DNA of 64,000 nucleotides from Spirochaetia bacterium (GTDB lineage Bacteria; Spirochaetota; Spirochaetia; G963692905): NCBI GenBank assembly GCA_965261245.1, contig OZ253446.1, positions 2,069,587 to 2,133,586 of the forward strand, read 5' to 3'. Shown piece by piece: positions 39,688 to 47,199 of this stretch (position 1 is its first letter; each line of letters starts with the position of its first letter). The notes under the pieces were generated by a model. It saw only the letters and a program-made list of their open reading frames with translations, ran no database searches and was not told where the DNA came from. The position numbers and the translations under genes were made by a program.

Positions 39688-41419
39688 ACCGGGCAACCGC
39701 CTCATTAAATTTATCCCCACGGTCAAACTCATGGGCAAACAGCCCGAAAGAGGCACACCCAGGAGACAGTAGTAACACGGGCCCCGCCGCCGCCGTCTCC
39801 GCTGTATCTGCACCACTCTCCCCCTGGTGGGCGGTGCGTATATCCGCCCACGCCGCGTCAACGGCCTCATCCATGGAATTATACGGGCCGCAGTAATTGC
39901 ACCCTTCCTGGTCGAAAAGATCTATGATTTTATCGGTAGCCGTACCACCCAGCAGGTATATTGCCTCCACGTGCCGACGGATATCCAGGAACTTCCGGAG
40001 ATCTAACCGCTTGTCACTGCCGCCGGCGATAAGGTATATCGGGCGCGGCAGCTGGGTAACCGCCGCCAGCGCAGCATCCGGTATGGTTGCCGCGCTGTCG
40101 TTTATCGCAGTAACCCCAGCGGCAACGGCGACGGTCTGCAACCGATACGCAACCCCCCCCATGCCCGCGAACGGACTGGTTGATTGCGCCCACTCAATCC
40201 CAAGCAGATGCAGCGCCGCTCCCGCCATGGCAATATTTTGCACATTATGCGCGCCAATTAACCCGGATTGTATATCTATCTCCTGGCCTGCCCGCGAGGA
40301 CGATCGCGAGACAGTCAGACGCTGTCGCCGGCAATCGACGCCCAGGCGGACGTCGCACGGCAAATCCGTCTCGCTCTCCTCTTCCGCCTCAACGAGAACA
40401 GCCGTCTGTACGGGCGGCACTCCCACCGCTGATGCGGGTGCTGTATTTGCCGCAATAATCTCCCTACTATAGGCGATCTGATCGGGCGCACCGTTGACCA
40501 CGAGCCACTGCCCGCGCCCTTGCCCGGCAGCGAGGTAACATTTATCGCGCAGGTAGTCGGCCATTGTGTCGTAGTAATTTTGATGATCGGGCAGTAAATT
40601 TGTACATATTGCCGCATCCGGCCACGCCGCCCGCCTGCCGGCGCCCGCGCCTGCCCCCGCGCCCTCCCCCCAGGTATCAACCAGGTGTAAATCACCCAGC
40701 TGAAACGAAGACAGCTCCAATATAATAATATGCTGCGGAGTAATATCATCTAAAATATCCAGCACCGACGTCCCGATGTTGCCCGCCGCTATCGCCGGCA
40801 ACCCCAACTCCCGGCACGCATGCGCCAACGCCGCCACCGTAGTAGATTTTCCTTTCGTCCCGGTAACGGCTATTATGCGGTTGCGCCCATTCGCCGTGCC
40901 CGCGGGCCCCACTCCAGCGGCATCCGTCACGCCAGCCCCCGCGCCAGCGGCACCCGTCGCGCCAGCGGCCCCACCAGCGGCACTCGTTGCGCCAACGACA
41001 GCGGCCCCACCAGCAGCATCCGTCGCTCGGGCGGCATCTCCAGCGGCAGCGGCCCCGCCAACCACCACATCCAAAAAGATAGACACATCAGTCGCAATCT
41101 CCCCAGCCAACTGCAGCAACGGATGCCCCCGCGGCACCGCAGGATTCTTAATAACAACATCCGCCCCCCGGACATCTTCTTCACGATGTCCGCCAAGGTG
41201 AAAGACTATCTCATGCGCATACCGCTCGCCACGCAGCTCCGCAACAGACGCCTCCAGTCCTTCTTTCTCGCTCTTACTATCACTGACAATTACCCGCGCA
41301 CCTTGCCGGGCACAGTACCGGGCACACCCCGCCCCGCCCCCGTGACGCCCAAGCCCGAAGATCAGGACACTCTTCCCCGATAGCCCCCCGCCCGCGCCCG
41401 CTGCCCGTGCACGCGCCAT
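39680..41419 (-). CDS. murD: UDP-N-acetylmuramoylalanine--D-glutamate ligase with Ala/Gly-rich low-complexity insert
   Basis: N-terminal Rossmann GLGRHGGG; Mur ligase ATP-binding VTGTKGKSTT; C-terminal Mur ligase domain; 579 aa. Confidence 0.8.
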   Translation of the reverse strand: MARARAAGAGGGLSGKSVLIFGLGRHGGGAGCARYCARQGARVIVSDSKSEKEGLEASVAELRGERYAHEIVFHLGGHREEDVRGADVVIKNPAVPRGHPLLQLAGEIATDVSIFLDVVVGGAAAAGDAARATDAAGGAAVVGATSAAGGAAGATGAAGAGAGVTDAAGVGPAGTANGRNRIIAVTGTKGKSTTVAALAHACRELGLPAIAAGNIGTSVLDILDDITPQHIIILELSSFQLGDLHLVDTWGEGAGAGAGAGRRAAWPDAAICTNLLPDHQNYYDTMADYLRDKCYLAAGQGRGQWLVVNGAPDQIAYSREIIAANTAPASAVGVPPVQTAVLVEAEEESETDLPCDVRLGVDCRRQRLTVSRSSSRAGQEIDIQSGLIGAHNVQNIAMAGAALHLLGIEWAQSTSPFAGMGGVAYRLQTVAVAAGVTAINDSAATIPDAALAAVTQLPRPIYLIAGGSDKRLDLRKFLDIRRHVEAIYLLGGTATDKIIDLFDQEGCNYCGPYNSMDEAVDAAWADIRTAHQGESGADTAETAAAGPVLLLSPGCASFGLFAHEFDRGDKFNEAVARYA

Positions 41420-43023
41420 CAGAAATACGTTTTAGACAGAGGCACTATATCGGTAATAACCCAGCTTTTGCCGCTCTTCTGCATCTCAATGCGCTCACGC
41501 CCAAGATACCCAACGCTGCTCCCCGGCCCATTGACAACCTGATCTACCGCAAAAGACTGCGGCAGCCACTTGCGGTACTCAACTACATAGGAAACCCGCT
41601 CCGCCCCCGCCGCGCCCGCACCCGCGACATCAATCTCACCAATGGCCCCCGCACCAGCAGCATCAATCTCACCAACGGCACCCGCGCCCGCACCAGCGGC
41701 ATCAATCCCGCCAACAACATCAACCCGCGTAAACTCCAACGAGTCATACCCATACAAGGCCCGCTTCCCCCCCAGCCGCGGATACCCCGCCGCCTGCCAC
41801 GCCGCCGGATCAACCAACGGCGATTGAAACTGCACCGCCATCTTCAACCGCGAATTCAACCGCACCGTACGCAGCTCATCAATAGACTGCCGCGCCGCCG
41901 CAACGTCATTGCTGGCAAAGATGCGAATCAGCCTATCGCTATTCAACGTATTATACGACCGGTAATAATTAGTCAGCAGCTCCACAGGCGTATCATACCC
42001 CGTAAAGTTACGCGTAACCCGATTCCCGGTAATAAACAGCGAAACCAGCAGCACCGACCCCACCAGGACAACAGTCACAAACCCCCGCAGCCAATTTTCC
42101 CGCAGCCGCCGCAACCGCGTGAACGAACGCTTACGCTCATCATACCCCACGTGCGCACACCGCACATTCTCCTGCCCCTGCCTCTCAGTAATAGTATCGT
42201 GCGTCCCCCCCTGTAACCATTCGGCATACGAACTCACCCAGTAATCCAACAACGGCATAGAGCGCGTCGGCTTACTCAAAATCAAATTCAACTCCTGGGC
42301 AATACTCGCTTTAACCGCTGGGTTGTGGTAATGGATATGCGGCACCACCCCGCTGAGCATATAGTTCCTGAGATCTTTCACCGACGGAGCATCCCAGGGC
42401 AGCGACCCGCTCAACGCCATATAAGACAACACCGCCAGGGCAAACGACAACCGCCCCTCGCCCGTGAGCTGCTGATTATTAAACGGCAGACTGAAATTAA
42501 ACGCATCCCCCGCCCCCTGGTACAGGCACATCAACTGCACCGTATCCTGCGACACAAACAGCACCCCCCCGTCATCCAGGAACACAACCCCCCGGAGGTG
42601 CAGGACCCCGATGTTGACCCGCAGCCTCTCTAGCCGCGCCAATGCCCGCGCCAACCGGCTCAGGTAATGCACCGCCCCGGCACCGCCCCGCATAACCTCT
42701 ACCAGACTCTTCCCGGCGGCATGGTACGGACCAAGGACATACAGGCACCCGTTCGCCCGATAGTACCCGCGCTGCCGCCACCGCGTAACCCGCGTATCAC
42801 GCACCACCCACCCCGACGAAAACGCCGTGGCATCAAGGTGCATCAGCCCCGCGCCCCCGTCATCGGTAATACTCTGCACCCGCGTACGCCCGCTCGCCCC
42901 GCCAGGCACAATCGCCCCCGAGTAATTCCCGACCCCCACGTCAATCCCGCACGGCACCCCCATCGAAACATCACGCGCACCCTCAACCCTGATCAGAGCA
43001 TACGCCAAACTGGACTTGTCCAT
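41419..43023 (-). CDS. Hypothetical single-pass membrane protein with possible kinase-like N-terminal fold and repetitive (E/A)IDAAGAGA segment
   Basis: Start placed at MDKSS because the upstream track ORF runs into repeat type 3; central TM GFVTVVLVGSVLLVSLFITG; kinase-like call is speculative. Confidence 0.4.
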   Translation of the reverse strand: MDKSSLAYALIRVEGARDVSMGVPCGIDVGVGNYSGAIVPGGASGRTRVQSITDDGGAGLMHLDATAFSSGWVVRDTRVTRWRQRGYYRANGCLYVLGPYHAAGKSLVEVMRGGAGAVHYLSRLARALARLERLRVNIGVLHLRGVVFLDDGGVLFVSQDTVQLMCLYQGAGDAFNFSLPFNNQQLTGEGRLSFALAVLSYMALSGSLPWDAPSVKDLRNYMLSGVVPHIHYHNPAVKASIAQELNLILSKPTRSMPLLDYWVSSYAEWLQGGTHDTITERQGQENVRCAHVGYDERKRSFTRLRRLRENWLRGFVTVVLVGSVLLVSLFITGNRVTRNFTGYDTPVELLTNYYRSYNTLNSDRLIRIFASNDVAAARQSIDELRTVRLNSRLKMAVQFQSPLVDPAAWQAAGYPRLGGKRALYGYDSLEFTRVDVVGGIDAAGAGAGAVGEIDAAGAGAIGEIDVAGAGAAGAERVSYVVEYRKWLPQSFAVDQVVNGPGSSVGYLGRERIEMQKSGKSWVITDIVPLSKTYF

Positions 43024-43082
43024 CCCTATAGGATACCAAATTTCCCCGCCCCTGCCAACCCCGTATATTTTTGCGAATGTCC

Positions 43083-43145
43083 TCTGAGCTTGCCGAACTT
43101 GCCCTGAGCCTGCCGAAGGGCTTGCCCTGAGCCTGCCGAAGGGTG
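43083..43145 (-). repeat. Tandem array of ~22-bp units related to 13629-13735, about 2.5 copies
   Basis: Reverse complement reads CTTCGGCAGGCTCAGGGCAAGC repeated. Confidence 0.65.
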
Positions 43146-43149
43146 TGGG

Positions 43150-43296
43150 CGCTACCCCCGCCGCGCATAGCGCGCCGGCGGTCGGCGTGCTCAGGGCTCG
43201 GCCGCCGCGCGCTTTGCACGGCAAAGATGCTACCGGGAACTCCGCGGCGTCTGGCGGGCGCAAACGCGCCCGCCACCCTTCCCATGCCTAGCGCGA
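43150..43296 (-). repeat. Structured intergenic repeat type 3, copy c (inverted)
   Basis: Reverse complement matches 13473-13628 and 28898-29075; hairpin is GGCGGGCGC-GTTTG-CGCCCGCC. Confidence 0.6.
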
Positions 43297-43339
43297 AGTA
43301 TTGCGCTCACCTGTAGTGTATTGGATTCGGGCTAGCCCT

Positions 43340-43513
43340 CGGTAGCCCAGCCTGTCGAAGCCCCCTGGTGTTGGTGTCAAAACTACTGTCTCACACAACC
43401 CCGCCCCATAGCCAATTTTGCAAACCCCCGGTGGCTGAGCCTGTCGAAGCCCCCGTGTGCTGATACCAAAACTACTATCTCACCCGCCCCCCTCGGTGCC
43501 CAGTTCGCAAACA
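43340..43513 (+). repeat. Two tandem ~87-bp direct repeats upstream of a surface-protein gene
   Basis: Unit AGCCTGTCGAAGCCCCC..G..CAAAACTACT.TCTCAC...GCAAAC occurs twice consecutively. Confidence 0.6.
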
Positions 43514-43626
43514 CGATATCAATACACCACCATCCCAACATCAATGTATGGCGCGCCGCCCACGCGGCGCCAAAAACCAGAGAAAAAACCTTGACAAATA
43601 AATTTTATGTATGCTATAATAATAGT

Positions 43627-46041
43627 ATGAACCTTCTAAGAAGAATATCGACCCGGCGCAGTGCTCTCGCCGCACCTGTCATCTTGACAGCAATAGCACT
43701 AACCGCGCTCCTTATAGCGTGCCCCGAAGAAACCCCGCCCCCTGGTAACGGCAGTGCCGGCCAGGCAGGCCCCGGCGAGACCTGTGTCACCGACACCGAT
43801 TGCGACGGTGCCCTGATATGCACCGGCTCCCTGGGTGCCCAGGTATGCACTCAACGCGGTGACGGCGCCGTCGGCAGCTTATGCGGTACCGACAACCACT
43901 GCACCGACCCTCTGGTGTGTGACGCCGGACTCTGTTCCGGCGGCGCAGGCAGCGTCGGCGATACGTGTACCGACAACGATGGGTGCACCGACCCCCTGGT
44001 GTGCGGCAGTAATAGTAAGTGCGGTATTGCATCCGGCAGTTCGTGCAGCACCGATACCCAATGCGCTGGAGATTTGATTTGCACCGGCGCAGGCGGTGCC
44101 CAGGTATGCAGCGATGCCGGCAATGGATTGACCGGTAGCGTTTGCGGTAACGACGACCACTGCGACGGTGCCCTGGTATGCGGGAACGGCCAATGCGGGG
44201 TAGCCGCCGGCGGAACATGTACTGCCGATAGCGATTGTGCCAATGCCCTGATATGTACCGGAGCATCTGGCAGTCTGGTATGCAGTCAACCCGGCACCGG
44301 TGCCGCCGGGAGCGTGTGCGGCACCGATGACCACTGTACCAGCCCGCTGATTTGCGGCAACGGGGCATGCGGGGCAGCCGTCGGCGCTGCCTGCAGTGCC
44401 AATAACGATTGCGCCGGTGATTTGACATGTGGAGCTAATGTATGCTCTGCCGGCTCGGCTGGCGATTCGTGCGGTGCCGATAACCAATGCACCACCCCCC
44501 TGGTATGCAACGGCATCATAGGTAGTCAGACATGCGGTGACGCCGGTACCGGTGCCGCCGGGAGTGTGTGCGGTAACGATAACCATTGTACCGGCACAGG
44601 GTTGCTATGCGTCAGCGGCGCGTGCAGTATGGACGCCGACCGCGACGGCACCCTCGATGCTGACGACATCGACGATGACAACGACGGTCTCATTGAAATC
44701 AGCACCCTGACCGAGCTCCATAACATGCGCTACAACCTTGCCGGTACCACCTACGATGACGAGGACGCAGACACCGGCACGGGTGCAGATGCCGGCATTA
44801 CTACCGGTGCGCCAACTGCAGCAACCTCCAACTGCGCCACCGCAACCAACAGCGTCTACCTGTGCGGCTACGAGCTGACACAAAACCTGGACTTTGATAA
44901 AGATAACGATGGAAGCACCCACACCACCGGCACCCTGGATACCGACGACACCGCCGCCCCGTACTTCGTAGTCGCCGACGGCGGCTGGGAGCCGATTGGC
45001 AGTGGTACTGGTACGGATGCAGCGGCGATAACAGCGAGTTCTTTCCAAGCCATCTTTGAGGGCAACGGCTATACTATTGCCAATATGACTATTAGCCGCG
45101 CGCAGCAGAATGCCGGGCTTTTTGGCAGAACTACGGGTGCCAGTGCACAAATCCGTAATATTGGTCTAACCGATGTGTATATTTCTAATACTACTTCAAC
45201 GGCTGCACCAAGTACTGGCGGACTGGCAGGGATTCTTGGCAGTGATTCAGTTATTATTGCCGGTTATGCTACTGGGGATATCATCAATGGCTCTACAATT
45301 GCTGTCACAAGCGGCGGCTTGACAGGAACGGCAGGTAGTAATGCCACCATTATTGCCAGTTATGCCGATGTAACTATCGCTGGCGGTTCAGCCCGCACGG
45401 GAGCTGTTGGTGGTCTGATAGGGAATTTAGATGGAGGCATCGCAATTGCCAGTTACGCAACTGGAGATGTAGACGGTGGAGCAGGAGATTTTGATTACGC
45501 CGGTGGTCTAGTAGGATGGATGCAAGCAGGCAGCATTACAGCCAGTTATGCTACTGGAGATGCCAATGGGGGTACTGATACTAATGATGAGGGAGGTAGT
45601 TTAATAGGAGTTTACCGCGCGGGTACCATTACCGCAAGCTACGGCTTTGGTACGGCAACTGGCAGGACGATGAGGAGCGGATCGATATCAACCCAACCTA
45701 CAGGGGTAACTACAGCTAACGGGATTACCGCCGCCAATGCCGGCTCCCAATGGTCAAATGCTTCCAACAATACCTTGAACGCATGGGTCTTCGGCAGCGA
45801 CACCCGCGGGACGTGCACCGAACCGACATCACCAACCTCTGGGATAACGTATGCCAGCTATACCACCCGTGCTACTTGTGAAGCAACCACATCGCCCACA
45901 AAAGTTGCAGGCGTGTGGGTACCCGCGGCACCAAAACTCCGCTACGCCGACTACGACGGCCCCGGCACCAAGTATAGCTGCGGGTTGTTTCCCGCCGGCG
46001 TGACCTGCGGGGCCACTGGGGACGAGATACCAGGACAATAG
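43627..46041 (+). CDS. Large surface-protein family paralog (lipoprotein signal, Cys-rich repeats, acidic Ca-binding-like block, GLUG-like repeats, conserved C-terminal tail)
   Basis: Signal peptide MNLLRRISTRRSALAAPVILTAIALTALLIAC; central ~300 aa about 90% identical to paralog 26074-28662; C-terminal KLRYADYDGPGTKYSCGLFPAGVTCGATGDEIPGQ. Confidence 0.6.
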   Translation: MNLLRRISTRRSALAAPVILTAIALTALLIACPEETPPPGNGSAGQAGPGETCVTDTDCDGALICTGSLGAQVCTQRGDGAVGSLCGTDNHCTDPLVCDAGLCSGGAGSVGDTCTDNDGCTDPLVCGSNSKCGIASGSSCSTDTQCAGDLICTGAGGAQVCSDAGNGLTGSVCGNDDHCDGALVCGNGQCGVAAGGTCTADSDCANALICTGASGSLVCSQPGTGAAGSVCGTDDHCTSPLICGNGACGAAVGAACSANNDCAGDLTCGANVCSAGSAGDSCGADNQCTTPLVCNGIIGSQTCGDAGTGAAGSVCGNDNHCTGTGLLCVSGACSMDADRDGTLDADDIDDDNDGLIEISTLTELHNMRYNLAGTTYDDEDADTGTGADAGITTGAPTAATSNCATATNSVYLCGYELTQNLDFDKDNDGSTHTTGTLDTDDTAAPYFVVADGGWEPIGSGTGTDAAAITASSFQAIFEGNGYTIANMTISRAQQNAGLFGRTTGASAQIRNIGLTDVYISNTTSTAAPSTGGLAGILGSDSVIIAGYATGDIINGSTIAVTSGGLTGTAGSNATIIASYADVTIAGGSARTGAVGGLIGNLDGGIAIASYATGDVDGGAGDFDYAGGLVGWMQAGSITASYATGDANGGTDTNDEGGSLIGVYRAGTITASYGFGTATGRTMRSGSISTQPTGVTTANGITAANAGSQWSNASNNTLNAWVFGSDTRGTCTEPTSPTSGITYASYTTRATCEATTSPTKVAGVWVPAAPKLRYADYDGPGTKYSCGLFPAGVTCGATGDEIPGQ

Positions 46042-46090
46042 TCTCTCTCGGCACACCGCTGCTAAGCGGTGTGTCTAACCCCGCTGCCCT

Positions 46091-46147
46091 GGTGGCGAAT
46101 GCACCGCATAGAGAGCGTAGCGAACGTTATGCGGTGCCAACAACCAG
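46091..46147 (+). repeat. 57-bp direct repeat with embedded hairpin, copy 1
   Basis: GGTGGCGAATGCACCGCATAGAGAGCGTAGCGAACGTTATGCGGTGCCAACAACCAGA; exact second copy 540 bp downstream. Confidence 0.7.
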
Positions 46148-46148
46148 A

Positions 46149-46178
46149 TTTGACACACGCCCCCGCGGGTAGTATACT
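46149..46178 (+). promoter_or_regulatory. Sigma-70-type promoter (TTGACA-18 nt-TATACT) for a leaderless small gene
   Basis: Consensus -35 TTGACA; -10 TATACT; ATG at 46185 lies 7 nt after the -10. Confidence 0.5.
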
Positions 46179-46184
46179 ACTAGT

Positions 46185-46601
46185 ATGGCACCAGCAGTAA
46201 TAACAAAAGCCCAACAACAGGAACTCGCCGCCGTAATGGTTCCTTTGTTACGAAAACAATTAACCGCAGACGTCTTGAAAGCAGCCAAACTCTCCCCCCA
46301 CCCGGCACCCAAGACCAGGGCAAAAAGCACCACCACCTCTCGCGACATCCCCATAGAACTCCTTGAACGCATGATCCGCGTCGAAGAAGAGTTAAAACTA
46401 GTACATGTTGAAATAAATCACCTCCGCGCCGACACGAATCTGCTCCGTAAAGATTTCATGGGTCAAATTGACAGAATCGACAAACGCCTTGAGCACATAG
46501 AGAATACATCTAACAAAAGCCTTAATTCAATGCGTTGGTTTATGGGCATCATTTTCGTAGCTACCGCGTCATTGATTACCGTATATCAATTTCTTAACTA
46601 A
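46185..46601 (+). CDS. Small coiled-coil protein with C-terminal transmembrane anchor
   Basis: Heptad-like central region; C-terminal TM WFMGIIFVATASLITVY; flanked by 57-bp direct repeats. Confidence 0.45.
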   Translation: MAPAVITKAQQQELAAVMVPLLRKQLTADVLKAAKLSPHPAPKTRAKSTTTSRDIPIELLERMIRVEEELKLVHVEINHLRADTNLLRKDFMGQIDRIDKRLEHIENTSNKSLNSMRWFMGIIFVATASLITVYQFLN

Positions 46602-46630
46602 CCAATCCCGCCTTGGTGGCTGAGCCCCCC

Positions 46631-46687
46631 GGTGGCGAATGCACCGCATAGAGAGCGTAGCGAACGTTATGCGGTGCCAACAACCAG
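46631..46687 (+). repeat. 57-bp direct repeat with embedded hairpin, copy 2
   Basis: Identical to 46091-46147. Confidence 0.7.
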
Positions 46688-46819
46688 AGTCGAAGCCCCG
46701 GTCTCAAATCCTGCATCATATACGGACATGCAGACCCTGTATCAGAACCGAGACTTCGACAAGCTCAGTCTACGGTCTTTCGCAATCTCTGCCTACGGTC
46801 TTTCGCAATCCCCAGTGCG

Positions 46820-47100
46820 AATGCACCGCGTGGGCGACACCTGCTTTACGGAAGCGACGGGGGGTAGCGTCTGCTTATTGGCGCCGCTAAGCGGCGCATT
46901 TGGCATTGTTGCTCTCCTTATGACTTAATATCTTTACAAAAGCGGCGGGGGGTAGCGGAAGCAAGCGAAGTGCGCGGCGGGCGGAGTGGAACGGAGCCCG
47001 TGACCTGCGTAGCAGGTTAGCGCACTGGTACCGCGCGTAGCGCGGTACGCTGGCTGCAGCGAGGGGGGCGGCGCCCCCCACCAACCCCCCCCTCCCCCCC
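46820..47100 (-). repeat. Modular intergenic repeat (head type 2 plus tail modules), inverted copy
   Basis: Reverse complement of 46935-47100 aligns with 61005-61140; inverted CGCTACCCCCC..GTAAAG modules and a GCGCCGC..GCGGCGC hairpin. Confidence 0.55.
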
Positions 47101-47199
47101 CTATCCTACCCGCTCTAAAATTTCTACAAAAACCCTTGACAGGTTCTGCAAATATATGCCATAGTGTGTAATCGTGTATGGTATATAGAGGTTACAAGT

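Noticed and set aside
46053-46072. Intrinsic terminator after the surface-protein gene (hairpin ACACCGCT-GCTA-AGCGGTGT)
   Set aside because: No U-tract follows the stem, so it was not called as a canonical terminator.
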